Origin: Chiloscyllium plagiosum
Taxonomy: Eukaryota
DNA: 35,165 nt
Reading direction: 5' to 3'
Assembly: GCF_004010195.1 (NCBI RefSeq)
Contig: NC_057720.1
Coordinates: forward strand, 30,706,815 to 30,741,979
Below, piece by piece: positions 24,597 to 35,165 of this stretch. The first letter of the stretch is position 1. Every line of letters starts with the position of its first letter. The translations under genes were made by a program, and so were the position numbers. The notes under the pieces were generated by a model that was not told the origin of the DNA, ran no database searches, and worked only from the letters and a program-made list of their open reading frames with translations.

Positions 24597-25282
24597 CTGA
24601 AAGAGAAGTGAAATGATGATCAGTCTTTGGATTTATTCATCATTCCATGCAAACACATATAACATCTTTCAAATTCGAAATTAATTTCTGCTCCTTTATT
24701 AAGAACTTCAGAGAAAACAGTCTCTTCCACAATGGCCCCCTCCAAAGCTCTAAGATTCAGTTTGAAAGCAAATATTATTTTCCCTTATAACATACCCTTT
24801 CTAGAACATATTCAGAAGGAATATTAAGTAACAAAAATGATTTGTCCTATATCAAGCATTTTAACATCATATTGACTACATTTTAAAACTTTACCATAGT
24901 ACTAAGTTATTTAGTTTTGACATTATTTTACTTATGTCCACATGCTAAGTAACAGAACGTCACAATTTGAATCTTTGGGGCAATTTTAGTGTTAGACAAT
25001 TCCTAGTTCTACTACAAGGTTCTGAGTTTATGCATTTTTTGTAAGAATCAAAATTAGGGATAATAAATTCTTGTGAAGTACATCAAAATTTGAAATCTGC
25101 AAGTCAGACAGAAATCTATGAAAGCAGAAGTTAATTTAAACATGAACTTTGTCCACACAAAGTTATAGGCCATAAGCAAATTTAGGCAATTTAACAGCTT
25201 GATAATCTTTAAAGTAACATTTATTCTGTTATTATATCCATATTAATGACTCATTTCACATGACTTGATTTTTATAGTGTAC

Positions 25283-25423
25283 CTTTTTTAAACGAGGATT
25301 GAGGCTGATGTAGCTGTAGTTAATAATCAGATGAATTGCTTCATGGGCAATTTCTTCATCTGGTGACTCCATGGCAATTCTCCAGATGAAGTCCATTCCT
25401 GTTAGTTCCAGTTTTTCAACATG
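25283..25423 (-). CDS. USP24: USP24 exon E (HVEKLELTGMDFIWRIAMESPDEEIAHEAIHLIINYSYISLNPRLKK)
   Basis: 141 nt, phase 0-0; gactAG / GTacac. Confidence 0.93.
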
Positions 25424-25512
25424 CTAGTCATTGGAAATAAAGAGTGCTCAGCAGTTAATTTTCCCCATCAGAACACTTCTTATTTTTTTAATGTTGTCAT
25501 GCATTCCTAAAA

Positions 25513-26424
25513 CCATAAGACCATAAGACATAGGAGTGGAAGTAAGGCCATTCGGCCCATCTAGTCCACTCCGCCATTCAATCATGGCTGATGCGCATTT
25601 CAGCTCCACTTACCAGCATTCTCCCCGTAGCCCTTAATTCCTCTAGACAACAAGAATCTATCAATCTCGGCCTTGAAGACATTTAGCGTCCCGGCTTCCA
25701 CTGCACTCCGTGGCAATGAATTCCACAGGCCCACCACTCTCTGGCTGAAGAAATGTCTCCGCATTTCTGTTCTGAAGTGACCCCCTCTAATTCTAAGGCT
25801 GTGTCCACGGGTCCTCGTCTCCTTGTCTAACTGAAACAATTTCCTAGCATTCACCTTTTCCAAGCCATGTATTATTTTGTATGTCTCTATTAAGTCTCCC
25901 CTTAATCTTCTAAGCTCCAACGAATACAATCCCAGTATCCTCAGCCGTTCCTCATATGTTAGACTTGTCATTCCAGGGATCATCCGTGTGAATCTCCGCT
26001 GGACACGTTCCTGTGCCAGTATGTCCTTCCTGAGGTGTGGTGACCAAAACTGGACACAGTACTCCAAATGGGGCCTAACCAGAGTTTTATAAAGTCTTAG
26101 TAGTACATCTCTGCTTTTATATTCCAACCCTCTTGAGATAAGAGACAACATTGCATTCGCTTTCTTAATCACGGACTCAACCTGCATGTTTACCTTTAGA
26201 GAATCCTCGACTAGCACTCCCAGATCCCTTTGTGCTTTGGCTTTATTAATTTTCTCACCATTTAGAAAGTAGTCTATGCTTTTATTCTTTTTGCCAAAGT
26301 GCAAGACCTCGCACTTGCTCACGTTAAATTCCATCAGCCATTTCCTGGACCACTCTCCCAACCTGTCTAGATCCTTCTGTAGCCTCCCCACTTCCTCAGT
26401 ACTACCTGCCTGTTCACCTAACTT
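25513..26424 (-). mobile_element. Young 5'-truncated CR1 LINE with an uninterrupted ORF2 C-terminus
   Basis: 263-aa ORF (LQKDLDRLGEWSRKWLMEFNVSKC...LYKTLVRPHLEYCVQFWSP...), open up to 26424; (ccataaga)2 tail at 25513. Confidence 0.95.
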
Positions 26425-27565
26425 CTTAACTGGAGTTACTAAATGGTTTGGTCTTGCTGTGCAAGAATTGTTCTTGTTCCTATGGCAGACACAAATTTTT
26501 CACATGATGATCAATGTTATGATGTGTTGAAGACTGGTAATTTGAAAACCGTGTGCAAGAATTATATATGAGAAGCAGCTGCCAATTTCTTAATGTCAGC
26601 TGAGATAGTACCAATGTTCATTTTTGGACAGCTGCAGTTTTGAGGACAGAAGGATTGGGAGACATACTGAAATTGCTTTAATTTCAGAAGTTGCACTGTT
26701 AAAGCACTGTCCAGTAAGCTACAGCCAATGAGTTCTGTTTGCTGGTAGCTGCTAGAGTTTGTTCACTTCCACATCATCTTAATATCACCTCTTCCATCAT
26801 GTTGAAGGTCTATGCCCTAACTTTATCTTTTATCCTTATTGCATAGTAATATTATGCAGCACAAAGCAAACAGCCGTCATCAGGAAACTCTGAGCTGCAC
26901 CAGGCTTGAGGAACCAAATGGCTTGCTCAATGACTTTAATCAAAGCATGGATCTGGGTAGTGTAGATCAACTAGTGAATGTGCACCTTTGAGAACAGTGA
27001 GGATTTTGCAGAGTCCAATCATGACTTCAATCTATGCTACAAAAACTACTACTTATGGCATCAGAAAATCAGGAACATTGCCTCCCAAACGTTTCCAGAC
27101 TTTTATCTGAGAGCATCTGAGGAGCTCTGTACACCACTTCTCTTGCTTACTTATACAGCCATGATTTGTGAGAAATAAGAACAATTGTTAATAACAACAA
27201 AATGCCATCTGGGTTTTAAAAGAATAAAGCCGAGTACTTTAGAATAGTTATATTCATCAGACTGGTTCTGGGTGCCTGAGCAGATGTCATCCAAAAATGA
27301 TACTGAATGAAATGTTGACATATTCTTTAAAGATCAATGCATTACCGTCCCCAAAAATGTGGTGACAGATAAAAATTGCCACATTGTTTGCAGAGGCTGT
27401 AGAGTCTATGGCCTTGGGAAATCAATATACTAAACTACAAGATAAAGCTTCAGACATGTCAATGCACATCACGTTAGCCTATGCTGACCAGTTATAAATC
27501 TAGGGTGCAAACTTTAAATATCCGAACATGTACAGCACAATCACTAAAATAGGAAAACATCTTAC

Positions 27566-27642
27566 CAACTGAGCACCTTGCTTCTTCAATCGATGATCAG
27601 CAAGGTTTACAATCTCAAAAAACGTTTTGAAGAGATTGAACC
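27566..27642 (-). CDS. USP24: USP24 exon D (G-FNLFKTFFEIVNLADHRLKKQGAQL)
   Basis: 77 nt, phase 1-0; aaatAG / GTaaga; completes the split Gly codon of exon C. Confidence 0.92.
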
Positions 27643-28639
27643 CTATTTTAAAAAAAAAGGTGGTTATTGAACCAGATTAAATTAGAGTCCCATAAGAAAG
27701 GATTTCTTATAAAATTAAACGCTTTCAGTTTTCTAATTTTCCTTAGTATGAATTACTATGCCAGACTATTAGCTCAAAGGCCTGCATTAGTCACTACAGG
27801 CATTCCCACAAGCAAGGAAAAGAACTTTAAGATTCTCATAACCATTAATGGTGTGATACAGGTACACAACAATCAGACCAGCAGCTCATTCATTAGTAAG
27901 GGAATATTACACAAGACTAAATAACTTTTAAAATATATTTTCTCAAAAGTGTTAAGTAATTTAAATTAATTGCTTCTCCAAGTCTGGTTCAACACCTTGA
28001 AACAGAACAGTTTTCAAGAAATGCGAACAGAATAAAGAGTTCTGAAGACTGGAAGTGAGAACAAAAACTTGAATTTTCAAGAGCTAGGAATTGATGGAAG
28101 AGTCTAAGAGATTGAAATGTTCTGGATCTTCAAGCACTTGATTGAACTTACAAAGACAACAGGTTGAATAAAAGTTTTATAAAAATAATATAGTGTGTAA
28201 ATAATACAGAACCCTTTCAAACTGAAAAGTGGAGACTTTTACAAGGATATCCATGATCATGTACTGCAAATGTATGATACAAGTTTGTCTCAACATTATT
28301 TTAGTGTTAAAATGCACCATACAAAATTATTTTGCAAGGAATAATTTCAATCTCAAAGCAAATTGTTTGCTGAAGGCAGCCCAGAATATAAATGAATGTT
28401 GCCACTTCACTATATCTCTATGCATCAAAGTTCAAAATGAATTTAGTAAGGCAAAACCTGTCAAAATGGAAATGTAACCATAAATTCCATACTAGAAGAA
28501 CCTCACTTAAGTTTCACTAGCCCCATTTCACCTATACCTCTAATTTCAAACCAACTGGCATTGGAATTATCAAGAAATCTCTTTGCAAAATGATTATTAA
28601 CATGAGGTCATTGTTAGTAGACTAGTAGTGATGTCCAAA

Positions 28640-28770
28640 ACTTCAAATTAGTAGTCAATTGCAATGTGTTTATTAACAAAATAACATCACAATACTTCCA
28701 AAGTACCGCATTAGCTGTGAAACACATTAAAATTCCCTGAAGTTATTAAAAAAAAGAAGTTAATTCATTC
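28640..28770 (+). mobile_element. DeuSINE 3' tail relic
   Basis: atacttccaaagtaccgcattagctgtgaaacac parallels the tail of the 29460-29662 copy. Confidence 0.4.
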
Positions 28771-28797
28771 TTCATTTACAAATTGTCAATCACATAC

Positions 28798-28909
28798 CAT
28801 TCATGGTGATCTCATAAGGTTCCAGTTTGAGGATTTTCTCTTTAAAGAGCTGTTGCTGTATATCACTCTCCAAGTCTCCATGTCCTTTGGTAAACCATTC
28901 AAAACACAT
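28798..28909 (-). CDS. USP24: USP24 exon C (MCFEWFTKGHGDLESDIQQQLFKEKILKLEPYEITMN-G)
   Basis: 112 nt, phase 0-1; ttctccAG / GTatgt. Confidence 0.93.
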
Positions 28910-29226
28910 CTGGAGAAAAGTTGGTCAGAAATTAATTACATTTCAAAATAATTGTCTGGTTTCCTTTGAAAAATTCTGAAATTTACACAAATACTATCGA
29001 TTGTCTATGGCATACTAATTGACCTTTAAAGAAGGAACCTTGAGACCCTTTTATAGATCATTTATTACAACTACCTGAATCCAGAACAAATCCACTTCTG
29101 ACAAAGACTAATTATAAAAAGGAATTTGAAAGTTAAATGCCATGTTATAAAGGAAGAACTAGAGGCAATCGAAGTAAAAAGTACATCAATTCATTAAGAT
29201 TGCTAAATAATAGAAAACCATTGTAC

Positions 29227-29358
29227 CTCTCGATCCAGTTCACAAATGTCTATTCCAGTCACCAGGCACTCCCAAATCTCCTTGGCACGGTTCCAGCCTA
29301 TGTAAAGGCTGGCTTCTTGAAGAAAAAATGCAAGAAATCTCAAATGTGCTTCGAGGTA
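29227..29358 (-). CDS. USP24: USP24 exon B (YLEAHLRFLAFFLQEASLYIGWNRAKEIWECLVTGIDICELDRE)
   Basis: 132 nt, phase 0-0; ccacAG / GTacaa; in frame with exon A. Confidence 0.93.
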
Positions 29359-29459
29359 CTGTGGAATATCAGACAAGACAGCAAAACGCTATTATAAATT
29401 CAGCAACAACAGGAAAATAATCACTGTTGATCGTGATGTATAACTTTCTTCAACATGTA

Positions 29460-29662
29460 TTCTTCAATTAGTAACACAAATGCACTATCTTGGCATTATC
29501 ACATTGCTGACTGTGGGAGTCTACCATGTACAGGTTAGGTGCCCCAATTTCTTAATTATAATGTAACAATACTTTAGAAAAATACTTCACTGGCTATAAG
29601 TGCTTTGAGACATCCAGTAATGGTAGCATTGTACAATGTAATTGCCAGTATTTCTTTCTTTT
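29460..29662 (+). mobile_element. DeuSINE (SacSINE1/AmnSINE-like) Deu-domain and tail fragment
   Basis: tatcttggcattatcacattgctgactgtgggag ... aaatacttcactggctataagtgctttgagacatcc matches the recalled DeuSINE consensus. Confidence 0.65.
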
Positions 29663-30319
29663 TCATGGCTTTAAGTAATTTCCTGTGCAGTATCTAGTCA
29701 AATTTTGGAAACGTGGTAAAATGCAATTATAAAGTGTGGCATTCATATCTCTAGATTAGGAACAAAAAGGAGCAATAAAACCACAAAATAAAAGCAAAAC
29801 TCTAGATGTTTTTCTGGTAGTCACCTACTTTAGAGACACTGATTTCCTTCCCTAAAAATAAAAATTCGCCGTATTAACCTCTCCAGTGATGCCAGTTCTC
29901 AGCAGATATCAAAAAAGTTCCTTTTGTAGGAGTAAAATTACTGCAATCATCTCTCCTTTCAGGGCTTTTGTTCATTGTTAACTTTCTCATCTGTTGGTAT
30001 AAATGTTCTAATTTCTAACAATGTTTATGGCTTGTGGCGTTTTTCTAAACTTCTGTTCTCTAATTCTCAGCTACCTGTCTAAAATAAATGGTTTATTTCC
30101 TACTCATCTATACATTGCATAAAGACCTATATGCTTTTTTCTTTAGTTTAGCAAATACAAATGTTGTCACCCGAGCTTTACTTCACAATGTAGATCCTGA
30201 AGGCTGGGAACTAATCTGGCCACTCTTTTGATGAATATTTTCTGAATAATACTATGACAAAAGAATTGCTGGAAATAATACATTTGTTAACTTTTATTTT
30301 TCAATCACCATGCTAATTG

Positions 30320-30420
30320 ACTTTTGAGGAAGGATGATATCCATAACATTAACTTGACTTTTCACTTCACAGAACACTAACTGATCTGTGCATTTCCACC
30401 ATTTTCTGTTTTTGTTTCCA
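30320..30420 (+). mobile_element. Highly decayed PLE 3'-end relic
   Basis: ttgaggaagg...aacattaac...ctgatctgtgcatttccaccattttctgtttttgtttc resembles 17825-17970. Confidence 0.4.
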
Positions 30421-30486
30421 ATTAAAACTCAATCAGTTATTGCCAAACGATAACAAAAATGAGGGAACTGCTGAGGTTAAAGCCGT

Positions 30487-30802
30487 GGGTGGCACGGTGG
30501 CACAGTGGTTAGCACAGCTGCCTCACAGCGCCAGAGACCCAGATTCAATTCCCGACTCAGGCGACTGACTGTGTGGAGTTTGCACATTTTCCCCGTGACT
30601 GCTTGGGTTTCCTCCGGGTGCTCCGGTTTCCTCCCACAGTCCAAAAATGTGCAGGTCAGGTGAATTGGCCATGCTAAATTGCCCGTAGTGTTAGGTAAAA
30701 AGGGTAAATGTAGGGGAATGGGGGGGGGTTGTGCTTCGGCGGGTCGGTGTGGACTTGTTGGGCTGAAGGGCCTGTTTCCATACTGTAAGTAATCTAATCT
30801 AA
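30487..30802 (+). mobile_element. Full-length HE1-like V-SINE (tRNA-derived head)
   Basis: A-box tggcacagtgg 30498-30508; B-box gattcaattcc 30542-30552; V-domain; CR1-like tail ending (aatct)n. Confidence 0.88.
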
Positions 30803-31029
30803 TAAAACACAGTCTTCTCATGAATATTAAGCTAATGAGGGAACTATATACTAGCAATTGAAGAATCAAATAACTACTATTTTAATTCAGTTAGCTATTC
30901 ATTATACATGGTTAAATTGATTTAAGAGAACTAGATTTTCAAGTTCAAACTAGAAATAATAAATCAAAGAATTATTGTTTCAGTCAACAAACTTTCATTT
31001 AATGCAAGATTTATATCTTTAATTTTTTA

Positions 31030-31255
31030 CTCAGAGAGCTGTTAGGACTTGGAAAACACTGCCTAGGAGAGTGGTGGAGGCAGACTCCTTAACAGGCTTC
31101 TAAAGAGAACTGGATATATATTTAGAAGTGATGAATTTAGAGGGCTACGGAGATAGAGATGAAGAGTGGGAGTAGGTGGAGAGCGGGAGTAGGTGGAGAG
31201 CTGGTATGAAACTGATGGGTCAAATGGCCTCTTTCTGTACACTTCTATACATTGA
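31030..31255 (+). mobile_element. Short CR1 3' end with an internal 17-bp tandem duplication
   Basis: RAVRTWKTLPRRVVEADS-like ORF2 end; gggagtaggtggagagc x2 at 31168-31201; tail aatggcctctttctgtac. Confidence 0.7.
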
Positions 31256-31644
31256 TTCACAAAGACTAGAATCTCAGTGTTAACGAAGTGCTTATTTTGC
31301 CAGGATCAGAGTATAAATCCAATTTGAAGGAAATTTCAACTTCAGTATTAAAACATTAGTGCCAATAAAAAATTAAACCAAGTGCATACAAAGTTTGGAA
31401 AACAGCTATAATAAAGACATAAAATGAAAATGTTTGGACAGGTCAATGGTTACAAATTCAAGAATCCCAAATTCAACATCACTTACTTATAAACCTGTTA
31501 ATGTTTATAAATTATAGATGACCTGCACAAATTTGTGATTATTCGTTTGGTATGTTAACTACTCAACCCAACATTTAAAAAATAATTCCATGGTAAAATT
31601 ACAAAAACAATTTACACATTGTTAATTATCCCTAAAACACTTAC

Positions 31645-31794
31645 ATCTTGATGTGTATATCTGCCATCAACGACTGTCGACCCTGTTAGCCCTCCTACAC
31701 CAGCTGCAGAAACAGCCAGTCGATGACAAGCTACAAGGCTACTTGTAACCAGTTTCACTATTTCAAAGTTTTTCTTCAAATCCTGGACAATGCT
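31645..31794 (-). CDS. USP24: USP24 internal exon A (SIVQDLKKNFEIVKLVTSSLVACHRLAVSAAGVGGLTGSTVVDGRYTHQD)
   Basis: 150 nt, phase 0-0; acceptor ttctAG, donor GTaagt; the translation matches vertebrate USP24 as I recall it (SIIQDLKKNFEIVKLVTGSLIACHRLA...DGRYTY). Confidence 0.93.
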
Positions 31795-32819
31795 CTAGAA
31801 GGTCAGAAATAAGAGAAAAAGACAATGTCACTCTCCATTTTAACTAATGATTTAAAATAAGCACACAACAATAGAGGATTGGGTAATCCTTCCAACTTGA
31901 CAAATTGTGATAAAATCCAACTGAACTGATGAAATTAAAGCAACTTCCACTTTTCATAAAAGTTACACATGGCCTCGGTGAAATTAGTATAGCCAAAAAG
32001 AATTTGATGACAGAGTACATACAATACCGACAGAAAAAGTAACTCAGGGAATTAATAATGACACTGGGAAAGAGAAATAACCATGAAATTAAAATTTGAA
32101 GGAATTAGATTGAAATATCAAGATTATAACAAATGAACACGATGGAAAATAAGAATAAATTATTTGAAAGAATTCATAACCCCTATTCCAAACCCTTGGC
32201 AAAAATCTGCTAAGTCGGTCCAAAAAGCTTTTTCATTGATTTCATGATAAATAAAGCTGCAGTATTTATCAAAGGGATCAGTACAAGACGTAATTGTTCA
32301 AATATAGTTGATACTCCTAAATATAATGGCTCCAGTCCCACTGGATCTATGACTGCATCTCACTGTCAGCACAGTCACCAGGCCAAGTATTTTGAATTAC
32401 CATGCCCAACTAGTATCCAAATATTTTAACATTTTTGTTTTAATGTGTCACAGAATAAAATTCATAATTCTTAATCTTGAGATAATGTAGGTGAAAATAA
32501 TGTGTTACTGGCTAAGTAATCTGGCACTCTGTAGATTTAGAAATCCAGGAGCTGCTAAACATTTATGGCTTTAAAAATCTAGATATCGAATGAAATTGCA
32601 GATGTGATCTGCAAAAAAACAAATGCACAGTCCGATGTGAGATACACCCAAGTTTGTTCCCAGGGATCAGGGATTCGACTCCTGCAGAAAGTCATGACCA
32701 AAACAAGTTAAGAACGCAAGCAAGTATAGTTTTTGTTTTGATACCAAACTGGAAGGGAAATGGAATGAAATGAGGCAAGCACTCAAAGTCTACATAATTC
32801 AAGAGTGGACCAACAAGTT

Positions 32820-33828
32820 AGAATCAAATTCATACAGCACGGAAGCAGACTCTTCGGTCCAACTCATCCACACTGACCAGACATTCCAATCTGACCTACT
32901 CTCATTTGCCAGCATTTGGCCCATATTTATCGAAACCCTTCTTATGCATATACCCAAACAGATGCCTTTTAAATGTTGTAATTGTACCTGCCTCTACCAC
33001 TTCCTCTGACAACTTGTTTCATACAGGCACCAACTCTGCGTGATAAAGTTGCCACTTAGGTCTCTTAAATTTCCCCCACACTCAATTTAAATCTATGCTG
33101 TCTAGTTTTAGACTACCTACCTTGGTGAAAAGACATTGACTATTTACCCTGTCAATACCCCTCATGATTTCATAAACCTCTGTAAGGTCACCCCTCAGTC
33201 TCCAAAGCTCTATGGAAAATAGCCCCAGCCTATTCAGCCTCTCCCTACAGCTCAAACCATTCCACCCCAGCAACATCCTTATAATTTTTTTCTGCATCCT
33301 CTCAAGTTTCCCTGGAGTGTACCATTGCAACACTTGAAAGGCATCTGGATAGGTACATGAAAAGGAAGGGTTTAAAGGAATGTGGGACAAATGCTGTCAG
33401 ATTGGGATCTCTGGTTGGACCAAAGGGTCTGTTTCCATGCTGTATGACTCTGACTCTATAACATCCTTCCGACAGAAGGGCGACCAGAATTGTGCACAGT
33501 AGTCCAAAAGTGTCCTCAGCAATGTCCTGTACGACCGCAACATGACACCCCAACTCCTCTACTCAATGCATTGACCAATGAAATCAAGCATGCCAAACGC
33601 TTTCTTCACCACCCTGTTTACGTGACTCCACTTTCAAGAAATTATGCACCTGCAACCCCAGATCGCTTTGCTCAGCAACCTTCCCAGGACCTTACCATTA
33701 AGCGTTTAAGTCCTGCCCCGATTTGCCTTACCAAAATGGAGTACCTCACATTTATTTGAATTAAACTCCACCTGATACTCTTTACCTAACTGATCATCTG
33801 ATCGAGGTCCCATTGTACTTTGAGATAA
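32820..33828 (-). mobile_element. CR1 3' fragment interrupted by a nested opposite-strand CR1 tail
   Basis: ORF 33082..33390 (ERLNRLGLFSIELWRLRGDLTEVYEIM); the host sequence resumes at 33458. Confidence 0.85.
33311..33457 (+). mobile_element. Nested short CR1 3' end in the opposite orientation
   Basis: gcaacacttgaaaggcatctggataggtacatg ... ctgtatgactctgactct; same tail family as 12050-12211. Confidence 0.75.
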
Positions 33829-33889
33829 TCTATCCCCCCACTAGGGAGACAGTGGGGGGATAGATGGGTAGGGAAGAGAGGAGATAGCC

Positions 33890-34233
33890 TACAGCTATTA
33901 TCACTGGACTGTTAATCCAGAGACCCAGATGATATTCTGGGCACTTAGGTTCAAATCCCATCATGGCAGATGGTGGAATATGAATTCAATTTTAAAAATC
34001 TGGAATCAAGGGTCTAGTGATGACCATGAATCCATTGTCAATTGTCAGAAAAATCCATCTGGTTCAGTAATGCGTTTTAGAGAAGAAAACTGCCAGCCGT
34101 AAGTGGCCTGGTCTACATGTGACTCTAGGTTCAGAGTAATGTGGTTAACTCTTAACTACCCTCTGGGTAATTTTGGGTGGGCATTAAATGCTGGCTTAGC
34201 CAGCAACTCCCTCACTCCATGAATGAATAAAAA
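33890..34233 (+). mobile_element. tRNA-derived MetaSINE (SlmI-like)
   Basis: B-box ggttcaaatccc; ccatctggttcagtaatgcgttttagagaagaaaactgcc...gtctacatgtgactc...aatgtggttaactcttaact; tail catgaatgaataaaa; matches the recalled SlmI/MetaSINE consensus. Confidence 0.65.
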
Positions 34234-34235
34234 CA

Positions 34236-34990
34236 TCACCTATTTGGTGTGATCTGCAAACTTACAAACCATAACTCCGATATTCCCTTCCTTAATGTAG
34301 ATAAATGTAAAATACTGCATGTAGGAAGAAATAAACCTGATACTCATACTCAATGAATGCGCTGAACTGGCTAAGTTTGAAGCTGAAAGTGCTTTGGATT
34401 CATAACGGACTGCATGATTCATAGATATATAAACAGCTGTAATAAACAAAGCTAATTGGATGTTGAATTATCCAATTAGATTAGTAGAATCCATCAAATT
34501 CTTTAACAAATCCTTCTTTAACCAGATGATTAATACTTTGAAAGGACCAGTAAGCTGCATAAAGATGAGGGTGTTAATCTATGGAACTATCTGGCACAGA
34601 AGGCTGTGGACACCAAGTATATTGAAGACAGAGTTAGAGAATTCTCTCATCTGCTATCCCAATCTTGTAGTTAATGAATGAGACTCAGTAACCCACTGAG
34701 ATAGTAAATTTCAAAGTCTTGCAACCCTTTGAGTGAGAAATATCTCATCTTAGTCCTAAATGATTGGCTCCTTATCCTGAGTGCCTCCATGTTTGAGATT
34801 ACTTGATGTGAAAACAATTTCAGTATTTATCTTACCAACCCCCCTCAGTATCCTGTACATATTAATGAGATTGCTTCTCATTATTCTAAACTCATGAGAA
34901 TTAAGACTTAATTTGCTCAGTCTCTAAAGCAATGTCTTCCACATCCAAGGAACTAATTTAGTAAACTTTTGCTATATGGTCTGCAACATG
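34236..34990. mobile_element. Mosaic of old CR1 fragments in both orientations
   Basis: CKFADHTK RT motif on the minus strand at 34240-34290; CR1 3' ORF2-like pieces at ~34560-34640 (+) and ~34690-34980 (-). Confidence 0.5.
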
Positions 34991-35021
34991 TGAATTAGGA
35001 AAACCAGCAGCAGCAGGTTAT

Positions 35022-35165
35022 TCATAGAACATAGAAGAAGAATACAGCGCAGTACAGGCCCTTCGGCCCTCGATGTTGCGCCGATCCAAGCCCACCTAAC
35101 CTACACTAGCCCACTATCCTCCATATGCCTATCCAATGCCCGCATAAATGCCCATAATGAGGGAG
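35022..35165 (-). mobile_element. CR1 3' tail, cut by the window edge
   Basis: catagaacatagaa...cagtacaggcccttcggccctcgatgttgcgccga, same family as the tail at 1330-1390. Confidence 0.85.

Noticed and set aside
30487..30556. tRNA gene
   Set aside because: The A/B boxes are the head of an HE1-like SINE and run directly into the V-domain and LINE-like tail.
31800..35165. Next upstream USP24 exon
   Set aside because: I found no matching peptide with splice sites; it probably lies beyond the window.

Overview
Eukaryotic genomic DNA, most likely from a cartilaginous fish (inferred from HE1-type SINEs and shark-type CR1 tails). The backbone is an internal stretch of a minus-strand, intron-rich gene that I recognise as USP24 (ubiquitin-specific protease 24). 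I read 16 consecutive GT-AG exons by hand between 31794 and 1068 (1748 nt, 582 codons plus 2 nt), with compatible phases and no stops; the gene continues beyond both window ends. The ORF track misses most of these exons, and its long ORFs come from retroelements. The introns hold many CR1 LINE fragments, an L2 relic, SINEs of three superfamilies (V/HE1, Deu, Meta) and Penelope-like elements (PLEs). The most notable structures are PLE-derived: a 2.4-kb RT+GIY-YIG copy with an inverted end, and two ~200-bp fold-back insertions with target-site duplications (TSDs). All three have a breakpoint at the PLE hammerhead-ribozyme motif, and one hairpin sits ~30 nt from a USP24 splice donor. I found no prokaryotic-type system and cannot claim a wholly new biological system from sequence alone. 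Family assignments come from recalled consensus motifs, not database searches.
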